Positions 8,942 to 17,720 of a stretch of DNA of 32,976 nucleotides are shown piece after piece. Made by a program: the position numbers and the translations under genes. The notes under the pieces are model-generated. The model had not been told where the DNA came from. It searched no databases and worked only from the letters and a program-made list of their open reading frames with translations. The DNA is from an uncultured Alphaproteobacteria bacterium (GTDB lineage Bacteria; Pseudomonadota; Alphaproteobacteria; Rickettsiales; UBA6187), in contig CALCTU010000059.1 of the NCBI GenBank assembly GCA_937907045.1, positions 1 to 32,976 of the forward strand. Direction: 5' to 3'. Positions within the stretch are counted from its first letter, which is position 1, and each line of letters begins with the position of its first letter.

Positions 8942-10390
8942 CTAGTCTTCCCAGAACTTCTTAGAAAAGAGTACCAATACTGTAAAAATTTCTAGACGTC
9001 CCAACAACATACCAAACATTAAAAACCATTTGGCGGCATCTGTGAGGGGTGCAAAATTACCAGAAGGACCAACTATAGGGCCAAGTGCAGGGCCAACATT
9101 TGCCATGGTAGCTGCTGATGCACTCATGCTGGATAAGAAATCCAAGCCAGTAAATGATAATAATAAGGATAAACATAAGAAACTACAGGCAAATAAAATG
9201 AAAAAGCTCATTACCGAAGAAGTAATGGCCTCACTGACTGCTCTATTGTTAAATTTAGGTTTGTAGATTGCATGAGGATGAATAAGACGGTTTATCTGTA
9301 CTGACGCAGTTTGAGATAAGATTTGGTAGCGAAATATTTTGATACCACCAGTGGTAGAGCCTGTACATCCTCCCATCACAGAGAGCATAAATATTAAGGT
9401 TAATGCAAAGCCTCCCCATAATGAATAATCTTGAGAAGTGAAGCCGGTTGTTGTGGCAATAGAGGTTATATTAAACAAACTGTGACGCACAGCAGTAAAA
9501 ATATCCATGTCCAAGTAATAATGGAGCCAAAGAGCCATAACCATAATACAGCCTATTAATGTGCGTATAAACCATTTGACTTGCGAGTCACGAAAAAATG
9601 CCTTTACATTTCCTCCCATTGTCTGAATGTAGAGTACGTAGGGCAGTGCACTCATTATCATAAATATTGCAATGACCAGCTCAATTCTGGCATTATTAAA
9701 ATAACCAATGGACTCATCGTGAGTAGAAAATCCAGCTGTGGCAATGGTGGTCATAGCATGGCATATAGCATCAAATCCGGTCATGCCTAGCATCCACAAA
9801 ATAACCGCGCATGTTCCGGTTAATACTATGTATGTGGTGCTAATGCCGGCAGCAATTTGTGTGGCTCGAGGCATAATTTTATCTGACTTATCCGACGATT
9901 CTGTTCTAAATAGCTGCATACCACCAATATTGAGCATAGGAAGAACCGCCATGGCAACCACAATGATTCCCACACCTCCAAGCCATTGCAATATAGCGCG
10001 CCATATTAAAATGCCTTTGGACATGTCATCTAGTCCAATCAGTACTGTGGCTCCAGTTGTTGTTAGGCCTGACATAGACTCAAAAAATGCATCGGTGAAG
10101 CTTAGTTCTAAAGTTGACATGTATAACGGAATGGATGCAAATAGTGCCAATACCACCCAGCTAAGGGTGGTTAAAATAAAAGCTTCACGCACACTAAGTT
10201 TTGCGTGTTTATCTTGGTTGGTGAGTGCCAGGCTAATACCAAAGAAAGCGGTTAAGAAGGATGATATTACAAAATTTGACCATCCGGCATCTCCACGATA
10301 ACCATCAACAATGGCTGGTACCAACATCGCTATTGATAATACAATTAACAAAATACCAATAACGTAAAAAACAGGACGGTAGTGGAGCAT
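8942..10390 (-). CDS. trkH: Trk potassium uptake membrane protein
   Basis: Multi-TM protein with pore-loop motifs FFESMSGLTTTG, TTIATAGFS, SIATTTGF, GGCTGSTTGGIK, ANVGPALG, LGRLE. Confidence 0.96.
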   Translation of the reverse strand: MLHYRPVFYVIGILLIVLSIAMLVPAIVDGYRGDAGWSNFVISSFLTAFFGISLALTNQDKHAKLSVREAFILTTLSWVVLALFASIPLYMSTLELSFTDAFFESMSGLTTTGATVLIGLDDMSKGILIWRAILQWLGGVGIIVVAMAVLPMLNIGGMQLFRTESSDKSDKIMPRATQIAAGISTTYIVLTGTCAVILWMLGMTGFDAICHAMTTIATAGFSTHDESIGYFNNARIELVIAIFMIMSALPYVLYIQTMGGNVKAFFRDSQVKWFIRTLIGCIMVMALWLHYYLDMDIFTAVRHSLFNITSIATTTGFTSQDYSLWGGFALTLIFMLSVMGGCTGSTTGGIKIFRYQILSQTASVQINRLIHPHAIYKPKFNNRAVSEAITSSVMSFFILFACSFLCLSLLLSFTGLDFLSSMSASAATMANVGPALGPIVGPSGNFAPLTDAAKWFLMFGMLLGRLEIFTVLVLFSKKFWED

Positions 10391-10465
10391 GGTGCTTTTA
10401 ATGTTTTATGTTGTCTTCTTTGAACAACATTAACTACACCCTGAAATTTTCAATTTCAATAGAAC

Positions 10466-11032
10466 TTAACGAATAAGGTTTAAAAACTCATTGCGTGTAC
10501 GACGGTTTGATCTAAATGCACCAAGTAAATGGCTGGTTTTCATGATTACATCTGGCTTATGGACGCCGCGAGTACTCATGCATTGATGAGTAGCTTCAAT
10601 AACAACAGCAACTCCTTTTGGCTCTAAGGCATCATAAATGGTCTGGCCAATTTGGGCTGTCATCTTTTCTTGTATTTGCAGACGTTTAGCGTAGGCATCT
10701 ACTACTCTTGCTAATTTACTAATACCAACTACCCGTTTATTGGGAAGATATGCGACATGCGCTTTGCCAATAATGGGCAGCATATGATGTTCACAGCATG
10801 ATTCAAACTGAATATCTTTAAGCAAAACCATTTCGTCATAGCCATCTGTTTCTTCAAATGTACGTGATAGCAATTCTGCAGGGTCTTCATTGTATCCTGC
10901 AAAAAGTTCTTTGTAACTTTTTACTACACGAGCTGGTGTGTCAATGAGTCCTTCACGACTAGGATCGTCTCCTGCCCAGGAAATAAGAGTTTTGACAGCC
11001 TCAAGGGCTTGTTCTTGGGTAATTTTGTTCAT
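10466..11032 (-). CDS. folE: GTP cyclohydrolase I
   Basis: [41 protein letters not shown]. Confidence 0.98.
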   Translation of the reverse strand: MNKITQEQALEAVKTLISWAGDDPSREGLIDTPARVVKSYKELFAGYNEDPAELLSRTFEETDGYDEMVLLKDIQFESCCEHHMLPIIGKAHVAYLPNKRVVGISKLARVVDAYAKRLQIQEKMTAQIGQTIYDALEPKGVAVVIEATHQCMSTRGVHKPDVIMKTSHLLGAFRSNRRTRNEFLNLIR

Positions 11033-11104
11033 AGATAAATATGCTATTAATGCTTTATATTAAAGCGATTGTTTTAGCGTTTTATACTGAAAATGCAAGA
11101 ATTA

Positions 11105-11506
11105 CTACTGATTTAGCCCGTAATCTTGTGCAACTTCATCAATAGCAAGAAGTAAGTCTTCGGTAGTGAAGGGTTTTACGACGTACTTATCGACTCCCTG
11201 GTCTAACGCTTCTTGAATACGTTCTGGTACGGCGTCACCACTTTGTATAATGACAGGTACATCCTTTAAAATGGGATGTTTTTTCATTTCATTATTGATT
11301 TCCATGCCGGTCATGGTGACCATCATTTTGTCAAGAAGAACAATGTCCACATCATCTGGGTGCGCTTGTAAGTGCTCCCAGGTTACGCGTCCTTCTTCAA
11401 ATATAGTTGCAGTGTGGCCGCCATCTTTAAGATTTTTGACCATAATCTCAACATTGATAACATCATCGTCAGCTCCGACAATGCGCAGTCCCTTTACATG
11501 CTCCAT
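11105..11506 (-). CDS. Single-domain response regulator receiver (CheY/DivK-like)
   Basis: ADDD acidic pocket, LLDKMM phospho-acceptor Asp, IIQSG, VVKPF; no output domain. Start placed at ATG 11506 (GGGGAGAG RBS upstream) rather than TTG 11563. Confidence 0.9.
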   Translation of the reverse strand: MEHVKGLRIVGADDDVINVEIMVKNLKDGGHTATIFEEGRVTWEHLQAHPDDVDIVLLDKMMVTMTGMEINNEMKKHPILKDVPVIIQSGDAVPERIQEALDQGVDKYVVKPFTTEDLLLAIDEVAQDYGLNQ

Positions 11507-11534
11507 ATTGTCTCTCCCCTCGCATGTTGTTAAT

Positions 11535-11563
11535 ATTATAACCAATTGCGCAAAGAAAGGCAA
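11535..11563 (-). promoter_or_regulatory. Putative sigma70 promoter of the receiver gene
   Basis: Minus strand TTGCCT (11563-11558), 17 bp spacer, TATAAT (11540-11535). Confidence 0.55.
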
Positions 11564-11693
11564 CTTTTAGTTACAAAATTGTCAAGTTTAAGGTAGTTGT
11601 CGGTCATCAATGGATTTTTTGGTAAGTGACGCGCGTTTGCCTGGACGCTGCCAAGCAAGCAAAATAACCTTTAATGTGCTATATGAGGGTGAT

Positions 11694-13235
11694 CTATAGT
11701 TCCGCACCTACAGATGTGACTTCACCTTCAGGATTATTATCGGGGATAGTGAAGATAAAAATAGCACCGCCGCCAGGGTTATCCTCTACCCAAATTTTGC
11801 CACCGTGAGAACGGACAATGCCTGCGCTTATACTAAGTCCTAATCCTGTGCCGCCAGCTTGTGTTTTTGTACGGGTGCTTTGCACAAATTTCTTGAAAAT
11901 TGCTTCATGTTCACCTTCAGGAATACCGACTCCTTGATCAGAGACCATAAATGTAATATTGCCAGTACCGTCTTTGTCTTTACCTTTTTTGATTTTCAAT
12001 GAAATGGTTTGGCCTTCAGAACTAAATTTAGCTGCGTTACCAAGTAGGTTCACTAGAACTTGTACAATTTTGTCGCGATCACATACTAAATGAAGTTTCT
12101 GTTTTGGTGCTTTCATGCTGAAGGTTAGGTTCTTATCTGACATTGCGGTAGGTTGTTCCATTGAGATGATATCAGTAATGGATGCCAGCGGGTATCGTTG
12201 CATGTTAAAGACTTCAGAGCCATCTTCCATCTTAGCAATATTTAATACACCGTCTACGAGTGTTGTTAGGCGCTGTGTTGTAACGTTGATGCGCTCGAAA
12301 TATCGTTTTAGGTCTTCGCGGTCTGCGGTTTCATATTCATTAATACCAAATATTGAGAAGCTGTTCATTCCGTGTAACGGTGTACGAAATTCGTGTGACA
12401 TGTTACGAAGAAATTCTGATTTTGCTTCATTTGCGGCTTCTGCTTTAATTTTTTCCTCTTCGAGGTCGGCTGTTCGTTGAGCAACTTTTTTTTCTAAGCT
12501 TTCATGGCTTTTCTTGAGCTGTTGGTCACGACGATGAATAACTTCCATCATTTTATTGAAACCTTTTGCGAGTTTACCAAGCTCAGCTGTTCCTAGTTCT
12601 TGGGTTCTTACGGTGTAGTCACCACTTTGCACGTGCTCTGTGATATCTACGAGGCTTGCAATTGGAGTGGAAATAATGCGCTGAATCATGTAGGTCAGAA
12701 GGTAGGAAATAGCAAGTACGGCAAATACGATGCCAAGAAGCTTATAAGAAAATTCTTCAATATGCTGATCAACACGGCGAAGGTCGGATAAAATAAAGAT
12801 ATGCCCACGTGTGGAATTGTTGATTTTAATAGGCTGATAGCTGTTAATTAAGTCCGAACGTTGTTGAAGTGTTGCGTATTTGTCACACGTGTCAGAAAAT
12901 TCTTCCTGCTTATACTGAGCAAAAATCGCATTATCATCGGTAAATATGCATGCTAGTAATATGTATTTAATTGCCTTAAGGTCGTTCAAGTTCGACTCTG
13001 CTTGCTCTGGTAAATCATAGTCAATTGCAGGTATTACACGGTTCCCGATGATACGAGAGAGCATGCTTAATTCGTCTTTGATGGAATTTTTAGCATTTTG
13101 TGTATCGTATTTTATAAATGCTAAAGATAAAGTTAGGGTAGTAACAATGCATAGAAACATCCCCATAAACGTTAGCTGTGCCTTGATGGGTATATTATAG
13201 ATGAAGCTGGCGTGGCTGCTTTTATCTTTTGACAT
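11694..13235 (-). CDS. Membrane sensor histidine kinase (TM - periplasmic YfiN/CHASE8-like sensor - TM - HAMP - HisKA - HATPase)
   Basis: Two TMs flanking a ~120 aa periplasmic region; HAMP (PIASL...ELGKLAKGFNKM); H-box NMSHEFRTPL; N-box NLLGNAAKFS; DQGVGI; GGTGLGL. The sensor family assignment is inferred from architecture and the yfiR neighbour. Confidence 0.93.
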   Translation of the reverse strand: MSKDKSSHASFIYNIPIKAQLTFMGMFLCIVTTLTLSLAFIKYDTQNAKNSIKDELSMLSRIIGNRVIPAIDYDLPEQAESNLNDLKAIKYILLACIFTDDNAIFAQYKQEEFSDTCDKYATLQQRSDLINSYQPIKINNSTRGHIFILSDLRRVDQHIEEFSYKLLGIVFAVLAISYLLTYMIQRIISTPIASLVDITEHVQSGDYTVRTQELGTAELGKLAKGFNKMMEVIHRRDQQLKKSHESLEKKVAQRTADLEEEKIKAEAANEAKSEFLRNMSHEFRTPLHGMNSFSIFGINEYETADREDLKRYFERINVTTQRLTTLVDGVLNIAKMEDGSEVFNMQRYPLASITDIISMEQPTAMSDKNLTFSMKAPKQKLHLVCDRDKIVQVLVNLLGNAAKFSSEGQTISLKIKKGKDKDGTGNITFMVSDQGVGIPEGEHEAIFKKFVQSTRTKTQAGGTGLGLSISAGIVRSHGGKIWVEDNPGGGAIFIFTIPDNNPEGEVTSVGAEL

Positions 13236-13351
13236 TTAGTCCTAATTTACCTAATTGTTGATACCTGTAGTTGTTTATATAACATAGTAAATCATTTGAG
13301 AAAACTCTTGTCTTGAATGTTTTATGAATGCCATACAAATGGGGGGAACCA

Positions 13352-15319
13352 ATGAAAGGTAAAAAAACCAACAGGTTACTTATGTGTGTTTCATGCGTTG
13401 CAATGCTTGCATGTAGTTCGGTGAATGCTCAAGAGTTAGATGAAGAAACGCAAAAGTTGTTGTCGATGTCATTGGAAGATATTGTGAATATGCAAGTGAC
13501 CTCGGTGTCAAAGCGTTCAGAAAAATACCGTGAAGCTGCGGCTGCCATTTATGTTATTAACAAAGAAGATATTAGGCGTTCTGGTGCTACACAAATACCA
13601 GAATTACTACGTATGGTTCCAGGAATGCAGGTAGCTAAAGTTGGTACAAGCAGATGGGCTGTGTCAGCAAGGGGTTTTAATAGCCAATTTGTAAATAAGC
13701 TACTTGTACTCATTGACGGGCGTTCAGTTTACACACCAATTTTCTCTGGAGTTTATTGGGATGCTCAGGATGTATTGCTTGAAGACGTTGAGCGTATTGA
13801 GGTTATTCGCGGTCCTGGAGCAACGTTGTGGGGTGCAAATGCGGTCAATGGTGTGATTAACATTATTACCAAGAATGCTGAGGATGCCCAAGGATCAATG
13901 GTAACTGCAGGGGTAGGAAAGCAAGAAAAAGCTTTTGTAGGTGCCAGAACAGGTTTTCAAATAGATGAAGAAGTTTATGCTAAGACATATGGAAAGTTTT
14001 TTGTAAGAGGAGGGGGGCGTAATCTTTCTGGAGTTGAACAGAATGATGATTGGAGAAGAGGACAAGGTGGTTTTAGAGCAGATTGGAAGAAAAGCAAAAG
14101 TAAGTATACTTTACAAGGAGATGTGTATAGTGGCACGGCGGATGTTTCGTTGGTAACGCCAACACTTACTGCTCCATATTCTCAGTCTATTGAGATGGAT
14201 GAAGAGTCCTTTGGAGGTAATGTCTTATTTAAGTGGGATCAGACACTTGATAATGATTCGGTGACGTCATTTCAGGCATATTATGACGTTGCTCAACGAA
14301 ATGGTATTTCGGCTGGAGGTAATCAAGATATTCATACCCTGGATTTAGATTTTCAGCATGCACTTACGCCCTATCATGGTAACGAGATAACCTGGGGTAT
14401 TGGGTATCGAAATATTCACGGGATGTTTGATAATACCGAATTGGCAGCATTTACACCAGATGATCGTTATACGCATTTATATAGTATGTTTCTTCAAGAT
14501 AAAATTACTCTCATACCGGATGAGTTGTTTTTTACCATTGGTTCGAAATTAGAACATAATTCTCATACTGGTTTTGAAGTGCAACCAAGTGCACGAGCAA
14601 GCTATCTTATAGATGAAAAGCAAACATTATGGGCAGGGGTATCGCGTGCGGTGAGAACACCTAATTTGTTCCAGGATGATGGTGAGCTTGCAGCGGTTGG
14701 TACGCCTGTTGGTTTTGTGAAGCAAGTTGGACGCAGAGGATCTGATTCTGAAGAGCTGATTGCTTATGAGGCTGGCTACCGTATTCAGCCAAGAAGTGAT
14801 GTCATGTTTGATATTGCGGTATTTTATAATGATTATACTAAGCTAGCAAATAATGTGACATTATTGACTACTCCTGTGCAAGTGACGGTTGGTAATTCTG
14901 GAAGTGCTCAAGTGTACGGTTCTGAGGTTGCTGTGAATTGGGAAGTGACCGATTACTGGGAGTTGGCTGGTTCGTATAGTTATATCAATATTAAACCAGA
15001 CAAGACCTTTGAAACTATTGTTACAACTGATGTGCGTACTCCAAAACAGCAATTGAATGTTAGGTCTTACCTGGATCTTCCTTATGACTTAGAGTTAACA
15101 AACCTTGTCTATTATGTTGATGAAATAGTAAATGGAACGGTTGATAGCTATATTCGGTTTGACACTAATTTAACGTGGGAAGCTTCTGATGGGGTTGAGT
15201 TAAGTTTGATTGGTCAAAACTTGTTCGATGACTATAATGATGAATTTGTAGCAAATTTTGGAGAGATTGCCTACGAAAATGGCCGAACCATTTTTGGTAA
15301 AGTGAGAATTGATTTTTAA
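13352..15319 (+). CDS. TonB-dependent outer-membrane receptor
   Basis: Signal peptide ending VNA; plug motifs (IPELLRMVPG, LLVLIDGR, IEVIRGPGATLWGANAVNGVINIITK); beta-barrel; C-terminal Phe. Start likely ATG 13352 after GGGGGG (alternative 13328). Confidence 0.95.
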   Translation: MKGKKTNRLLMCVSCVAMLACSSVNAQELDEETQKLLSMSLEDIVNMQVTSVSKRSEKYREAAAAIYVINKEDIRRSGATQIPELLRMVPGMQVAKVGTSRWAVSARGFNSQFVNKLLVLIDGRSVYTPIFSGVYWDAQDVLLEDVERIEVIRGPGATLWGANAVNGVINIITKNAEDAQGSMVTAGVGKQEKAFVGARTGFQIDEEVYAKTYGKFFVRGGGRNLSGVEQNDDWRRGQGGFRADWKKSKSKYTLQGDVYSGTADVSLVTPTLTAPYSQSIEMDEESFGGNVLFKWDQTLDNDSVTSFQAYYDVAQRNGISAGGNQDIHTLDLDFQHALTPYHGNEITWGIGYRNIHGMFDNTELAAFTPDDRYTHLYSMFLQDKITLIPDELFFTIGSKLEHNSHTGFEVQPSARASYLIDEKQTLWAGVSRAVRTPNLFQDDGELAAVGTPVGFVKQVGRRGSDSEELIAYEAGYRIQPRSDVMFDIAVFYNDYTKLANNVTLLTTPVQVTVGNSGSAQVYGSEVAVNWEVTDYWELAGSYSYINIKPDKTFETIVTTDVRTPKQQLNVRSYLDLPYDLELTNLVYYVDEIVNGTVDSYIRFDTNLTWEASDGVELSLIGQNLFDDYNDEFVANFGEIAYENGRTIFGKVRIDF

Positions 15320-15390
15320 GTTTTTGAGTATCTTTTGGTATAGTTACGTGAAGTGTTTTTTGTTAGTTTTATGAGGGTGTTTGTAAGGTA

Positions 15391-15900
15391 ATGCGTGTAA
15401 AGATGCTCCTATTTGGTTGGGTGTTTTTGGTTGTTTTACTTCAATCTTGGTTTTCTGTTGTCTTGGCAAAGGAAGCATTTAAAGATTATAAGTTAACAGC
15501 CGTGTACATCTTTAAGTTATTAGACCATGTGGAGGTACGTGATCATAGTGGTAAGGCCACAGTGTGTGTGTTTGGAGATGAACGTGTCTATGCAACATTA
15601 TCCAAGATTGTTGGAAAGAAGAAGATAACGGTATCTCAAGATGAGAATGTCTCTGGCGGGTGTCAAATTGTTTATATTAGCGTGTTCCATGAAGATTATG
15701 ATAGGTTGCTTGCAAAATACAGTGATATGAATGTAGCTACGATTGGAGATGCAAAGGGCTTTGCTAAGAAACACGGAATTATTGAGTTTAGCTGGCAAGC
15801 AGACGGTAAGGTGAAGTTTTTTATTAATATTAACCGGGCCAAGCGCAAAAATATTAGAATTAATTCAGACTTGCTTGCTATTTCTACAGTAATTAAATAA
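15391..15900 (+). CDS. YfiR-family (DUF4154) periplasmic protein
   Basis: Signal peptide; DYKLTAVYIFKL, VCVFG, CQIVYI, ATIGD...FAKKHGIIEF, KVKFFIN...IRINSDLL match the YfiR/DUF4154 pattern including the Cys pair. Confidence 0.85.
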   Translation: MRVKMLLFGWVFLVVLLQSWFSVVLAKEAFKDYKLTAVYIFKLLDHVEVRDHSGKATVCVFGDERVYATLSKIVGKKKITVSQDENVSGGCQIVYISVFHEDYDRLLAKYSDMNVATIGDAKGFAKKHGIIEFSWQADGKVKFFININRAKRKNIRINSDLLAISTVIK

Positions 15901-15932
15901 TGTTTTTTTATTTATTATAAGTTGAGGGTATT

Positions 15933-17720
15933 ATGGGTAAAGATATATGCATTATAGGTGCGGGTGCTTCTGGCCTGACAACCATTAAACAGTTGTTAGA
16001 TGAAGGGCACAATCCAATTTGCTTTGATAAAGCCGCTGATTTAGGTGGGTTATTTAACAGTAAAGAGGCTTTTGATGGTAAAAGAGGGAGTGTTTATAAA
16101 AATACAGTTCTGACCATCAGTAATTATCAAATGGCATTTTCAGATTTTTCACCAAAGGAACATAGACGTGTTCATTGGCATCATTATCAATATCTCCAGT
16201 ACTTAAGAGATTATGCACTAGAATATAGCCTGGATCGGTTTATTAAATTTTCTACACAAGTATTATCGGTGGCAGAAAAAGGTGATCGCTGGGTTGTGAC
16301 GGTAAAGTGTAATAACTCTGGTGATGTATTGGATTATGAATGTGATGGAGTTGCTATTTGCACGGGTACACATCAGGTGCCCAGTATACCACAATTTGAA
16401 AAAAGTGATGAATTTAAGGGCGAGATTGTCCATAGTTCTCAATATATGGAAGGGGATGCCTTTAGAGATAAAAAGGTGGTTGTGATTGGTATTGGCGAGA
16501 GTTCGGCCGATATTGTAAGGGAGATATCGGATGTCTCCAAAGAGTGTCATTTGCTGATCCGGAATTATCCTGTGCTTGTACCAAGAAATCAACAGCATGA
16601 GGCTGCTGATGCTAATACATCTAGAGCATTATCTTCATTTTCGTACCCTTCATCAACACTACTCAAGGTTTATCTTTTTGCTTGTGCTACAGTAGCAAAG
16701 GTGACTAACAGTGTATTGAAGCTTTTGGGATTGAACAAAAAACCAGCCCTTGATTCGTTCAATCAGAGTACTGATATGAGCTTCTTGGATCACAGTGTTC
16801 CTCATGAGGTGGAAGCTGTTAAGCTGATTAAGTCATGGAGTATCCTAGGGGGAGCAACGCCTGAAAGAAAATTTGCTACAAAAAATGTTACGTTTGTGAA
16901 GAATATTGTTTCAGGAAAAATTGATGTTCATAAAGATGAGATAGCTGAGTTTTATGACCATGGTATTATTACCAAGTCAGGTCAGAAAATCCCGTGTGAT
17001 ACTGTGATGTTGTGTACTGGTTATAAAGAAAGCTTTGGCTTCTTAAAAGATCATCAGGTAGAAGACAATAATGTAAGGAACTTGTACTTGAATGCATTTC
17101 ATCCAAAAATGAAGAATGTAGCGTTTATTGGTTGGAATAGGCCATCTTTAGGTGCAATACCTGCATGTTCAGAAATGATAGCACGGTATTACGCCTTGAT
17201 TCTCAGTGGTAAACGACAGTTACCTCACAATATTGAATTATTGATCAAACAACATAAGAAAGAAAAGGATGAGCGTTTTAAATTTAGTCCAAATATTTTG
17301 ACAGTTGTTGATTATCATGAATTTATGACCACGCTTAGCAAACTTATTGGGTGTCAGATAGAGTGGTCACGGTACGTGTTAAGGCCTGCAATGCTCTATA
17401 AGTTAGTATTTGGTGGGCATATGTCAGCGCAATATAGGATCACTGGGCCACATGCGATGACGGAACAATCCGAGAAAGTTATTTCAAGGTTGCCTGTTAG
17501 TCCGGTGATTCAAAATCTTTCTATGAAATTAGCCTTAGGACAGCTAATTGGTGCTCGGGTACAAAACAACGTTTCCCATAAGCAATTAATCAATAAATTG
17601 TTCTTACCTGGCATTGAAGTTAGTGACGACGATATTGAACGTTACGCTTTTAAGCCAAACGCAAATGATGACGTTAACACTGCAACTTCAGAAATTGAAG
17701 AAGAGAAGCTTGCTGTTTAA
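15933..17720 (+). CDS. Flavin-containing monooxygenase (class B, FMO-like)
   Basis: IIGAGASG FAD motif, FMO fingerprint FKGEIVHSSQY (FxGxxxHxxxY), IGIGESS NADPH motif, LCTGY. Confidence 0.92.
   Translation: MGKDICIIGAGASGLTTIKQLLDEGHNPICFDKAADLGGLFNSKEAFDGKRGSVYKNTVLTISNYQMAFSDFSPKEHRRVHWHHYQYLQYLRDYALEYSLDRFIKFSTQVLSVAEKGDRWVVTVKCNNSGDVLDYECDGVAICTGTHQVPSIPQFEKSDEFKGEIVHSSQYMEGDAFRDKKVVVIGIGESSADIVREISDVSKECHLLIRNYPVLVPRNQQHEAADANTSRALSSFSYPSSTLLKVYLFACATVAKVTNSVLKLLGLNKKPALDSFNQSTDMSFLDHSVPHEVEAVKLIKSWSILGGATPERKFATKNVTFVKNIVSGKIDVHKDEIAEFYDHGIITKSGQKIPCDTVMLCTGYKESFGFLKDHQVEDNNVRNLYLNAFHPKMKNVAFIGWNRPSLGAIPACSEMIARYYALILSGKRQLPHNIELLIKQHKKEKDERFKFSPNILTVVDYHEFMTTLSKLIGCQIEWSRYVLRPAMLYKLVFGGHMSAQYRITGPHAMTEQSEKVISRLPVSPVIQNLSMKLALGQLIGARVQNNVSHKQLINKLFLPGIEVSDDDIERYAFKPNANDDVNTATSEIEEEKLAV

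Noticed and set aside
11507-11563. 19 aa N-terminal extension of the receiver from TTG 11563
   Set aside because: The TTG coincides with a predicted -35 box, and a strong RBS precedes ATG 11506.
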